DNA of 62,857 bases, filler included, from Choristocarpus tenellus KU-1152 (Eukaryota; Protista; Phaeophyceae), in NCBI GenBank assembly GCA_964200185.2. It is 5 parts of 5 records of this genome, joined end to end, with 100 filler letters (N's around TTAATTAATTAA, not from the genome) between each part and the next. Parts side by side here need not be neighbours in the genome. Positions count along the whole stretch, not along the records: positions 19,240 to 32,319 come from CAXNAD020001594.1; positions 32,420 to 37,602 come from CAXNAD020011586.1; 3 more parts are not named here. The stretch is one strand, 5' to 3'. Below, piece by piece: positions 24,301 to 37,200 of this stretch. The position numbers and the translations under genes are program-made. How positions within the stretch are numbered: the first letter of the stretch is position 1; each line of letters starts with the position of its first letter. The notes beneath the pieces were generated by a model. It worked only from the letters and a program-made list of their open reading frames with translations. It did no database searches and was not told the DNA's origin.

Positions 24301-26001
24301 AGGAGAGAATGAGAACAGATGATAAAGTCTGTCCCTTCTACGCACCAAATGGATGTGACTTTTGTTCAATGCTAATCCTTCCAAGCAAGGTGGATGCGCT
24401 TAACTAGTCCAATATAATAACATGGCAGCCCTGAGTTGGGCATGTATGGATACCTGAATGTGGTGACCTACTCTATGCACCCCCCAAAGAGGGTACATTG
24501 CCCCAATATCACATATAACACATGGTCTGTCCCCTTCCCTTGACTTTCATTTCCGTTGTGCATAGATTGCCAAGATTTTGTCAAGCAAGAGCGTAGAGGG
24601 CCTCAGTCCCTTTTCTTTCTATAGTGAGCTTACTATATATATCATCAACTCGATTTACTTCGTTGTGAAAGGATCTCCCATCAGGTACATGCACTGACTG
24701 TTCTGTGATGTCTTTCTACCTCCCCTCCAACTTTTTATTGCTTCCTTCTTAGAAGTGCTTAATACCTTTTTGCTCTTGGCAAATATTAGAACTGTGACTT
24801 CCCATTGACTGAAGCCGACTGAGTCGAGTAATGGGAGTGTTACGAGTGGCCAGATGGTTTGCGCCGCCAGCTTGTTGGAATAATTGCTGAAAGTGGCATT
24901 TTGAGAGGGCTCTGCAATTTGGAAGATGTTATCGGAGTGCAGCTTTGTTTTGCAAGCTCAAAGCAGTCATCACCAAATGCAAAAAGTTTAAACCTTGACT
25001 TCAATCTCAGTACGGTGTTCTTGTTTTTCATGCCATCAGCTTCCTGCATCCCCAATACTGAAGATTATAGTGAAGGATTTGAGCAGCAAGCCGACATGCT
25101 GTGCTAAACTAGGGCATTTCGAAGGGTCAGCTAGTAAGATCTTTGCATGCATTTGGAAAACCGTCTATGTGACCAACAATGGCAAACAAAGGCATGCTTG
25201 AGATGCTTTAGGGTACGGAATAAAAGGGTAAAATGTTTTCCTTCCAGAATACACTCTCGGATTAAATATTTTCTTCAACTGTGTAAATTATTTTTAAATA
25301 GTTCAACATTGTTGTCCTGCTATTCCAATATTTGTGGGAAAGATGGCAGGCAAGGCTAATCACTGGACAGTTGAGGCTTCATGAAAGCAGAATTTTGATA
25401 GCTTTGGCTATGATGTGCTAATGTTTCACAAACAGATGCTGAGCACATACCTGATATGAAGTGTAGAAAGCCCTTTCTTAACTAGCTACTATTGTCAGTT
25501 TTGTCCTAAAAAATGACTATTCCAACACCACCAAACCAAGCACCCAATATCCTGGTTGGTTCTGAGCTAATTTCACAGTGATGAATGTACAGCTGATACT
25601 GAACCTTCCTGGATGTGTTCCTTAATATCGGTATTATACTTCAAATTGAATTGTTGCTTTTCCTTTCACTTTAACGATCTACCATGTGTCAGGCTCTGGT
25701 GGAGTCTTAGGGTGAAATTTCGCTCGCTTTTTTAACTATCACTGTATTTTTGTAGGCAATGGCATTGTATTTACTTTTGTTGTTAGTGATAAAAAAGCAT
25801 CACAACAACTGAAGTGTTCAATTGGGGGAAGGGGGGGGGACTAACGTTTACTCTCACCTCTATGCCCTTCCCCCCTTTGTGCTCTCAAAATATTCAAGAA
25901 GTGTAACCAAGTTCACAGCTATAGGAAAGTGTGTTTGAACGTACCTTTCCTTGTCCTTGCATCGCACCCCCCTTCCCCTTCTGTCCCTCCGATTTATATA
26001 G

Positions 26002-29000
26002 CGCTTACGGTGAAATCTTGATCATCCTGGTGCAGAACGTGATACTTGTTTTGCTTTTGTGGTACCTCATGGTGAATCGCCCCTCGCCCTTGAAGATAGC
26101 TGCATGGGTCACCTTTTTTGTGGCAGTGGCAATGGTCTGTGTGTCCCTGCCTCCAGAGCTTTTCAGTCTCCTGCCCCTGACAGGTCTTCCTCTAACCATC
26201 ATGTCCAAGATTCCTCAGGTGAAAATGAGATAGAACCTCCCTGTTGCCAACATGATACTTTTAAATGCTTTGCTGCGCCATGTTACTAGGCATCCAGTGA
26301 AAAAAAAGTGATCGTAAAATGCAAGAAAATTTGCAGGTGTTGACCTTTCTTCACCGGTTACTTTTTTTTGTTTTTTTCTGTCCTCTTTGTCAAGAAACGA
26401 TATATTTTCTGACAGAGATCGCCTTCTCAGTTTGTTTCACTCTACCTTGATACTGCGAACTGGAGGGAAAGAGAGGGGGCTATGGTGGTGTAGTGGGGTG
26501 TGGGGGGAGGGCATAAGTTGAGGATATATGCTTGATTTAGAGCTCAAGACATGATAGCACAATTTATCATGGTAGTAAGTCGCCACTTACGGGGGGGGCT
26601 TCACTAGTAAGTAGTATTTATTTATTAATAGTGATAATACAGTCCGTGTTATTGTATGATTTTGTACAGTGAGGTGGTTGCTTAAAATACGTTGCCTTGA
26701 GCGATTAAATGGGTGGATATGTTGTTCTGTGTGTTGTGAAGGTGTGAAGTTGGTGTGTGTATTGAGGAGCTTGGTGGGCCAAACCTCAAATCTTGTTTGC
26801 TGCACTATGGGGGTGTAGAGGTCTAACTCTCTGTGTGCATGTGCCTTTGCCACTATTTGCATACTTACCACAAAGAATATATATATATATATAGGGTCTG
26901 TTGATGCTCATCACATTATACAAAGAATTGGATAGGCTCACCTCAAGATTTTTTTTGCATGTAGGCCCTGTACAGGCGTTTGCTGATTCATTGTGGTGTT
27001 CGATGTTTGTCTGAAAATACTTGCTGGGAAATGAAGCGCGAAGAGAAGTGAATGAAATGTTATTGAGTCAGTGAAGAATTTTACTATGTAGTCGTGGAGT
27101 ATTGCTTCAATTATTTTGGAACTCCATGCTCTATAGTATCAAGGGGCTGATGTTGTACATATGCTAACCACTCCCCAACATTATTCCAATTGAGTTCATT
27201 GCTTTAATGCCCCTCAAAAACACACTGTAGTAGTGGTGTTTTTTCCCCTGGTTTCCTTGTTTTTGACATGTAAAGAAAGTTTCCACTTGAGAGGTTGTGT
27301 GTATGGGGGCATGGAGTTCCCTGAAATGTGTGTGCGTGATTTTTCTGCTGTACCCAGATTTCTATCAACTTCCAGAATGGACACACTGGGCAGCTGGCAG
27401 CAGTGACTGTATGCTTGAATTTTGTGGGTTGTTTCGTACGTATACTGACTACCATACAGGAGGTGAGCTGCTGCTTCGGAGGTAGAGAGATTTTGTTGCT
27501 TTCATTTAATGGTTTCCTTGATTTTGTTTTGTTATTTTGCCTGCCTGATAGTAGATCTGTTGGTCACTCTGTGGCAGTACAGGTGTGTATGTGTGTGTGT
27601 ATGTGTTTGTGTTTGTGTGTGTGTTGGCATGTGGTTTAGCCAATGTGATGTTTTGTCTGCCTTTACTGTAGTGCTTATCAAGTATTACTCTATGTGGCAT
27701 ATAGATATCTCTGTATGTATGTGCAGTTTATGTGCGATGCTTTGCTGAGTGTATCAAGCTTGCTCCCATGTCAATGTTTGATGGTTGTGTAGATAGAACA
27801 CCTGTTGTAGAGGGTGGTAGGGGAAGGGATCACAGCGTTATGCTCCTGGGTCACGCACGTTTCTCATTTTGGCGGACTGATCCCAGTGTCCGTCCAATCA
27901 GTTGTAATCGTCAAGTTAGTGGCAGTTACGGTGTCCCTCATTCTGACTCTTCTCTTGTCCCATCCCCTTCTAACTGGCACACTTTGGAAGCATTCTGTCC
28001 TCAAAGCCCTGGGAGAGGGGATGTCATGTCAGTGTTGGTTTTTGTTGTTATGAATGAAAAGAATGCACGAGTATATCGCATACTGGCCCAAAACAATTCG
28101 GTGTGTGTACTTAGTGTTTATGTCAAAGTGCAGCGCACACAGCTCCCATTGCAAGGCATGCAATGCTCTGAGAGTGGCACGGAAATGTCCAAGGCTATTT
28201 TCGAGTCGTGTGTACGTTGAAGAAGACAAGGGACTAGCTTTAAGTGTTTTGATTCCGATCTCAATCTATCCTTGATAGGACAAAGTAAGACTGGGTTTGA
28301 GTTGTTGCGATTCACAACGCTACTTTTAAATTTTTTGTTTGAAGTGTCTTGAAACTATTAACCTCTCTGTTCTATTCTTTGCGTCTAGGCGTGATCAGTG
28401 CGTCTGTACCTCTTGCCTTCGGTTACATACAGTGCTGATGTGTTCTTGCTTGACCTGCAGCCTCAGACTGCCCCCGGACAGCTCACACCGTTTTTTGTTT
28501 TGGTGCCCTTCCTTGTAGTGCCTTGGATTTCCTTCTGACAACCCGCCCAGGGTTTGAATGGGCCGGGTTTGCGCTTCGAAGGTTGCGTCTGATCTATGTT
28601 GAGGCAGACTCGACTCTCAGCATGTGTGGTGTATTTTCTTTTTTGATTGGGCAGGTGCATATTTCTCCTGTGCACATATGTATCATGCAAATTTTCCTAT
28701 GCTGAAATTGTATGGTTGCCCCTCAAGATGATAGTCCTGCAGTACTCCTGTTGATTATTGGTTAGGGTTAGGTATATCTCTGGGCAAATTCATCCTAGTG
28801 GCACAGTTCGACGTACAAGCAATTTTGATTGGTGTAAATGTTGCTCCTTGTACTATGTCCCCCCATCCCTCCTTACATTTCGCCTTCAACATCTCGCCTT
28901 TGGGTATACTCTACTTCTTACTTACCTGAGCTGTTCTGTCCTTCTCCCTCCCACTATCAGTTCCTATCCCCTCACCTCTGTCTCTAGTTTCATCTGGCCC

Positions 29001-29419
29001 TTGGTCCTATTTCTTGTGATGCTAAGGTTTATTCAGGGGGTTTGTCAAGAGGGTGTGGTTTCATGCATGGAAGTATGTGCATGTTTTTTTAGCTCATTGC
29101 ATTGCACTGTCCATCCTATTGGTGTTGCGAATTGTTGCTTGTTGTTGGTTGTTCTTTCCTACCTACACACTCTTAGACATGCAGATGTGTATACATTGTT
29201 TTTCATGCCATTGTTGGCTTTACTCAGCCTTGGCCTTGATTGAGTTGTAACCACTCTAACTCTTTTGAACAGGTTGGATGGGATTTCAGCCTGCTGTCAA
29301 ATTTTATTCTTGCGACGGCTCTTAATGGTCTGATCTTTGCTCAAGTCATTGCCTTCTGGAAAGCAACTGCAGCATGGGATGAAGAGCAAACCCGCATTCA
29401 ATCGAAAAAGACTTCGTGA
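26002..29419 (+). CDS. MPDU1: Mannose-P-dolichol utilization defect 1 homolog (PQ-loop protein); last three exons, 5' exons not found
   Basis: Exons 26002-26218 (AYGEILIILVQNV...SKIPQ), 27358-27462 (ISINFQNGHTGQLAAVT..VRILTTIQE), 29273-29419 (VGWDFSLL..LNGLIFAQVIAFW..KKTS*); GT-AG introns, phase-consistent; C-terminal KKxx motif. Confidence 0.92.
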
Positions 29420-32319
29420 TCTATTTTTTTGATTGTGTATTTGTGGAATTGTTGCGGTTGTTGTTATGGATGCTCTCTGATTGAATGCAGAGCTGGATTG
29501 AATTCACGTTTTGTTTTTGCTTGAATATTTTCTTTATTTGATGTTGTACCCAGCTGGCTCAATTATGGCTTATTCCACACACTTCCAAATTAGTAATTTG
29601 TGCATCTGATAAGGTCACTGTTTGCACCTTCCAGGAGGTGGACTTCATAGGAGGGGTGAGATGGTACAGTCATATCTCCTGTGTGTATTCAGGGGGTTCA
29701 ATACAGCAGGGTGGAGGAAGGGTAAAAAAATCTCTTTTATGAGAGGGAAGGGAAGGTGATGCTGGGCCGTGCTTTTTATGGCTTACTTTTTGTCAACTTG
29801 AAGAAAAGGAGTTCAGGATGCCTTCCAATTTTTGCCATGACCATCTGCTGTGCCGCTTCTCAACACGAAGGGCAGTGAGCAACTTAGTTGGACGTTGGTG
29901 CAATATTTCTTTCTTATTGCATCAGTACTTGCAAGGAGTTAATGTAGCCTTGGAGCTTTGCTGCTTCTGTATACACATATCAAAGTATTTTCAATGGCTT
30001 GGTTGCTTCTCTTTTGTTTCTGCCCAACCTAGTGCTCCTAATTGATGCCAAAGTAGATACTGGATTAGAAGTACGCCTAGCTCCTGTACCCGTTTATCTC
30101 TGCCTACCTCTGTGACATTGGTTGTTTTGTTGTTCTGATGGTATCCATTGCAGTGTCATTGCGGCTGGTTGTGTTGATGGCTTCCGCAAATAGGGTGTGT
30201 GTGTGATGGAGGCGAGAGATGGTGCCACCTATGAAATCTGAGATGCTCACTTTCTCTTGTGTGTATTTGTGTTGAGGCTGGAGTGAAATGCGTTGATGTT
30301 GGTGGTACGTATTTTGCTTCTTCATCAAGGATGTAAATATGGTTGTGGTTCAATTGGTTACACGGTATGATAGTTTAGCCGATATTGCCAGCAATATACC
30401 TCTTAATGCCTGCCAATGCAATACCCCTCACATTTGTGTGGCAGTGAATTCTGATTCTTTGGAAATTGGGCAAGCCTTACAAGTTTTGGGGCACTACTTT
30501 TATCCCTATTCTTCGTGGTCATCATTTTCTGTAGATGGTGAGAAAAATGGAAGTAGGTGCAGCATTCACGGTCCCCATGTTCACAATTTTGCTTGCTGTC
30601 TGTGTGCTAGAGTCTGGGTGAAGGAGGCACATGCGGAATCATTTTATGAGATTAGGAGTGGTCCAGGTGTGGGGAACGTCCCGTGTTGTACTTTGTCAGG
30701 CTATACCAGTGATGGGGGTGAGGGAGGGCGACAAGAGTTATGAGTTGGTTGTGCGCTGTGTTTTGCAGTTGTAGGTTTGTGTTGAGATAGGGTTGATTGT
30801 TCTTCTTTGTGAACAGAGGGGAGGGTGTGTGTATGAAAGTGGAATGTGATACTGTGGCACTTGGACTTAGGTGTGCATTGGAAATGCCCCGCCTTTGTGC
30901 TCTTGCCATGTGCTTTGGGTGTCGTTGATGGTTGCAGTTTTGAGTCCTTGTGGAAGACCCGCTTCTCTTTGCCCGCTGGGGTTGGGGGGTTAATAGATTA
31001 AGCAGGGTTGCACTGTTGTTGTTATGGTTGGGGTGGTAGACAAGTGAACCGTACTTTGCTAGACTCGTGTTCTTTGGCAGCAATAATCATGTGGGGGTGT
31101 TTGGATGTATCAGTACCGGTCAGTCTAGTACTGTTGTTACTGTTTTATACCAAATCTTCTGCCTTGCAATATGTACTAATGAAAAGGATGAGGGGTATAT
31201 TTTAGATGCCAGGTATGCTGTCGTGTGTTTTATGAAGACAAGGTGTGGTACAGCAAGGAGTTGATCTCAAACTATTATACTTGAGCTCTACAAATCACTA
31301 CTACAGCACTCACAGAAATTAACAAGTAATTTTCTATCCTTGAGCATGATCCCTACAACGATAGTGTAAACTGTTATCCTCTATTTGGTTCCGATCTCGC
31401 CATAGTGGGGGTCTTCTATTCACATCTTCACGCTCATGCGGTTAGGTAGTACCGTATGATTATTGAGAACGAAAGGTTTGAGTTCTCGTCACCCTGGCTC
31501 TCCTGAACAGAGTTTACTCGCACCTGAGAGGCCAAATAGATTTCACCGGTTGGAACACTCTCAACGCCGGGTTATTTTTCGAAAATCTGGTTTCGATGAT
31601 CCAAAGTCCACCAGGCAAGCAAGCAGTACGGATCGTACACCTTTTATGTTCCATTCTTTTGTTCACTATACCACATAAAGGTGGGAAACCCTCGAGGTGC
31701 CAAGTCTATATTGCGACGCATGGATAAGGTGGGTCCAGCGCATCAGCACATCATGGTCAGAGAGAGGGGAGAAGCAGCGACCAGTGAGATGGCTGAATCT
31801 TACAACACCCAAGGAGTAAGGCAGGAATGGAACCAGTGGAATTAGTCGTAGTATGGAGGAGGTAGTATGGGGTTTGCTGCAGTGTGTATTGTGTCAACTA
31901 CAGGTGAGGGTTGATGGAAGAATTGTACATGGTTTTGTTCATAGGAATTACAGGCCCACAAATAGTTTCACATATGCGTTAAGCAGAGAGGTCAGTGGAG
32001 AGTTATAACATCATGGATGTACCCTGACCACTGTAACAAATTACACATGCACCATCAATACTTTGGTTGTTAGTCATACTACTCTACTGCCAACCAGTTC
32101 TAAAACATGGGTCCGACCTAAATTTGTGAACTTGTTCCTTTAATGGTGGGTAATAATGATGGGTCTCAAAACTGTTTCGAGTGATCCGATATTCGACATA
32201 AGATACGATGGCACTTTTGATACCGATACGATATTTGAAATTCAAGTCTCGTATTTGTGAATTGTGTGATTCTGTGGCGGCGTGGTTCACTCAGGCAAGG
32301 GTGGCGAAGAGAATCACCA

Positions 32320-32419
32320 NNNNNNNNNNNNNNNNNNNNNNNNNNNNNNNNNNNNNNNNNNNNTTAATTAATTAANNNNNNNNNNNNNNNNNNNNNNNNN
32401 NNNNNNNNNNNNNNNNNNN
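32320..32419. other. Assembly gap / artificial contig spacer
   Basis: N44-TTAATTAATTAA-N44. Confidence 0.97.
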
Positions 32420-33242
32420 TGGCCGGGGTTTGCTCTCCCCTTGTGTGTAAGGGTGGGGGTATTTTTTTGGGGGGGGAGGGGGGGGGGGGGAGTAAGGGAT
32501 CTTGTGCGATCTTACGCAATGCATAACAAAAATGTAACTACTACTGGTGCATTTATAGTTTTAAATGGGTTTAGTGTGTCCAAGATATAATGGGCTTTTT
32601 TTTTTCGGTTGGGTGCTATCTGGCACAGCCTCAAAGTGCTTTAGAGGGCTTGTTCGAGAGGAAGAGTAAATTTGTTTTTGGTTGGGAGGGACTGGGAGGT
32701 TGTGTTCATGTGAGGAGGGGATGAGGAAAGGAGTATTATATGTGTGTGTGTGTGTGTGTGTGTTTATGTTAAGTTGTACATTGCTCTGTAGGGTTCATCC
32801 AGTTTTTTTTTTCTCTTTTCATTTGTGCATGTGTTTCAAAAATCGGAAGGATAATTTCAGGTGCTTGTTTGAATGATCATACTCAACATATCGTGAGGGA
32901 TTTCTGAAATGACTTTGATGAAATGTCTGTACTGCCTGTACTGTTCTTACCAAGTGCATACTTGGTGTTTCCTGGTAGCTACAGTTAAGGGGTGGAGCTG
33001 AATATTCTTACGTTACCTTATCACTGACAACCCTTGCTACTGTTGGGGAATGGTACATCTTGGGGGGGGGGGGGGGGTGGAGTGGATTGGAAAGAACCAA
33101 GTGGGAATTTTGCTTCAATTTATTTCGGGGGTTCTTCATTGAGACAGGTAGTGCAAACCTGCACCAACAAGCATTTATGCACACACACACACACGCACAC
33201 ACATATATGGGTAAAATTTCACTGTGGTATCTCTTATGGCAG

Positions 33243-33422
33243 GCGTATCGTTGGATTGAAGACTCACGTGATGAGTACACCCAAGAGCGACTGGAGTCGC
33301 TGGATGACGCGTTCAAGCTCTTCCGCTGCCATACCATCATGAACTGCTCCAAGACCTGTCCCAAGCACCTCAATCCCGGAAAGGCCATCGCGCACATCAA
33401 GAAGCGTGTGAACGCATTGTAG
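33243..33422 (+). CDS. SDHB: Succinate dehydrogenase iron-sulfur subunit, last exon
   Basis: After acceptor ..GGCAG: [53 protein letters not shown], the conserved third Cys cluster of SDH2; upstream exons not found in the window. Confidence 0.96.
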   Translation, partial: AYRWIEDSRDEYTQERLESLDDAFKLFRCHTIMNCSKTCPKHLNPGKAIAHIKKRVNAL

Positions 33423-34278
33423 GGGTTTTGTATATGGGAGGCGACTGACTGCGCTGCTCGATGCTGAGGGGAAAAGCGAACACCTTAGATATCGTTGCTG
33501 TTGCTAGTTATGCACAATCCAGGGTCTACTCTCAAAGCCTTTGTTTTGCAAAGACAAGCGGTGCCGTTTAATCCCAAGTAGGTGTGGTTGGGGAAAGGTT
33601 TCGAAGTCTCTGAGGGGGCACACATGTCTAGAGGGGGGAGGGCCCGTGTAGGACAAGCGGTTATGGAGAGGCAGGCGGTGAGGTTGAGTGAGGGGACTGG
33701 CAGGGTTTTTGATTCGTGTTGGGCTTTAAGAGTGGACTACTGTACATTGGCCTCTTTTGGTGGGACTTTTTTGAGGTAATTAATTATGAATTAGTCCTGC
33801 AATTGTAGGTTCTTACTTGATACTTGGAAGTGTATTTTCCCCATGAGATTACGTATCTCGTTTCTATTTTACAACTGCTCTTGTTGGGTATATTTTGCTA
33901 AGAAAGATGCTTGTGTGAGGGTGTGGCCCCCTGTAGGTAACGCTGTTTTTTGTTCAAAGGGGAGTGTTTCGCTGTACTGCTATGTACTGGAGAAGTACGT
34001 ATAGTAGTTCTCTAGTGAGACAGTGATAATGTAAGCTACTTGTACACAGCACTGTGGGAGGGACAAGGCTGCGGATAGGTAACTAACTGCCCTGGAGGGT
34101 AATTTGTGTAACGGAATGTGCAGACTGTATGTAGTGAGAGAGTGGTATGCACTGCCCCTCTCAGATAAGGTCACACACTATACACAGGGAGTCGGATGTG
34201 ATATACACCACTGCGGAGTCACCAGTGCATGGTCAGAAAGCTGGAACGGTCTGTGCTGAAACTTCAGCAAGGGGATCA

Positions 34279-37200
34279 CTAAATTCTCAACAGTCTGCTC
34301 TGCGGGCTCAGTGCAGAGTTTGCCAACCCTTGTTCAAAGGAAATGTTTCGGAGCACTGAAAGTATTTGAGATACGAATGAAGGATCTTACTCCAGAACTG
34401 CAATGTACTTGAGTATACTTCAGAGTACCATTCATATAATCTGTAGGTTTGATATTACATACTTTGGAGTATTGTTTTCATTAATTCGAGGCAAACAAAT
34501 ACTGAGTGAGACAATAGTAGTGGTTGTGTGCACACAACGGTGGGAAAGGTGATCGAGGTATCAAGCATGTGGTCTCACCTCTCCAGATGATTTTCGAGGT
34601 TTAGGTATGCAGGAACTGTGGGCACACACAGTATGTTGATGTGGGCACACACTGCAACAAGCAGACACCACTCACTCCAACCGACACAGTTGTCACTCAA
34701 CTTGCAAAATATGCAGTCTCTGCTCAATTTTTTTATGTAGCTTACCTTTCAACAAGGCGACTTTCGCCCATGCAGTGCTGCATGAACCCAACAGGAATCC
34801 TTCACCTGCTTCCTATCCGAAGGCAGTACAGAATTTTAGCTACAACAATAATACTGTCTCTCTCCAATGCGAAGCCCACCATGCAATTCCTCCTGAGATC
34901 AGCGAGGCATACGTTGATCTACATACGGCAAACCCATGGTGTAGTATGTCACAGTTTGTTGTGAGCCTGCAACTTCTGTAAGCTGCAATGCAGATCTCTT
35001 ATGTAGATCCTTACTCATCATTTGAACATTGGAATCAGTATCATATTTTGGTACTGCAGTTCAATGTACAAACCGTGAGGTGGTATTTTATTTTAGCACT
35101 GTTACATTTCCACTGACATTTTGGGGGTATGGTCTGGGAGGAAACAGAGACATCATAAGTGATGCTGCAACTCCTTGGTTTAGTCTAAAGTACTAACACA
35201 GACACCCACATGAAGGAGCTGGGGCAGTTCCCAATATACGAAAAGATAAACCATGTAGCCATGCACACTGTTGTTTTGTCCCAAGAACGTGCCCAGAGCT
35301 GTCTGTTCTTTGCTCACAGTACCCCTCCTTCCTACACATAAAGTGTCATTGCTAACTTGTATGATAGTCAATAAGATACTTCCAGAGTACTCTTGTATCT
35401 GAACATAAGTGAGCTGGATTTGCCAGCAATGAGTAGAGTATGGTTGAGCTCTACTAGTGCTTGCTCTCATGACTCTTGTTTCTCTGTGCAAACACAATTT
35501 CAATATCAGGTATTTGGAAGGAAACCAATAACTTCAACTTTCTTTTCAAGTGCCAGACCCTGCTTGCACAATTACAACCGTAGTGTTCATTGGAAAGTGA
35601 ATCACGACCCCAGAGGTTTTCTGTTCAGTTTTACAACAGTGAATGAGTGCTCGCCCAAGAAAACAATAAGCAGCATGGCATAAACAGACAAACAGGTGCA
35701 CATACAGATGCACACACATACCATTTGAGATCTCCACACTACCGAGTCAAGAATTATCGGATTACACTGTTACAGACACTACACAATTTAATGTACTCCA
35801 AGTACAATACTACCAAATGGAATACCCTCAATCACACCACCAAACTGTGAACTGAGCTTCATATGTACACACAGTAAATCATCCCTGCTATTTTTGCTTT
35901 AACTGTCCACTACTGGCCCCTATCCCCCCCACCCTCACTAAGAATCAAGGTTTTCCTCCACTTCACCAAGAGAGGCCCCTACCATCACCTCTCTTTTCCT
36001 CATCCTCAGCAAAGACCTCTGACCTGGACGCTCACGCTCCTTTCCATCCCTTTGAAACTCCCGCCCTACCATCTGCACTTCAACATCCTTCCCCTCCCCC
36101 CCCCCTTCAAGCTCTCCCCCCACTCTCCCCACACCTGTATCCCCTATTCCCTCTACAACCCCACAATTGGTACATCCTCCTGTTTTGTCACCCTTTCCCA
36201 GATTCCGAACTCCTTCCTCAACTCCTTCCTTAGCTAGAACATTGTCTAGTGGCAAAGTCAGGGCTGTAGGCAGGGCTGAGCCGAGGTCTGATGTTAAGGT
36301 TTTAGAGTCAGCAGGGACTTGGTTTCTGTGAGACAGAGATGGTGACTGGGCAGGACTTGGGACAATTTTGGTGCTTGCTGATGGTGGTAGTGATGGTGGT
36401 GGTTCAGCAGAGTCTATTTGGTCGGATCCTTGAAGACTGAGGGATGGGAGTGATGTGGGAGCGACAAGGCTTGCCAAAGTATCAACAGTAGAGGTGTCCA
36501 CCAGCTGGCGGTAGAAGTATCTGTCCACCTATAGTGAGGTTGATGGAAACAAGAGCACAACATGAGTGGGGCAGGGCCGGGGCCGGAGTATAGCATGAGA
36601 GGAGGAACACGGCAGTTGTTAATTGGTGACCTTGTCTCGATTGGTTGATTTGATGTGACTGTCACAGAATTTGCCCATCGACGATGTATCAAAAAGCCGC
36701 AACAAACATGGTCACACTCACACATGCACAGCGACAATTGAAGTCTGATATAGGGCAGGCACTATACAAATAACCACAACATATCTCTTCCATAAGCACT
36801 GCAATTTCATAGCAAGGAAAGAGGCAATAGAAGAAGGTAGACCCCGGAGTCTGGTGTGTAGTCTGGTGTGAGTGCTCCACATTAAAATAAAGTGCGAAAT
36901 GTGAGACTTCTGAGCACTGGACACCATTCAGTAAAATTTCGAACTTGGAGCATTATCGACCACACATTTATAGACGCCTATCACTGGCCTGCATGCAGAG
37001 TACAACTCCAAGCAGTACACAATAACTGTAAGTTAATAATAATAATAACGCTCCCTACGTTTTTTTCTCCAAAGTTTCAGGAAGCTTTCCTTTGCTGCCA
37101 AACGAGTTCGGAGATTACCAGTGTTCAGGTATGGTGACACAACATCGCAAGCGACCTGCTTAAGGCCTGCTCTATACACGAATACAGAGCTGTGCACATC

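Noticed and set aside
31436-31819. Small two-exon gene candidate (MR|WETLEVPSLYC...)
   Set aside because: Two frames are equally open, with no homology or motif
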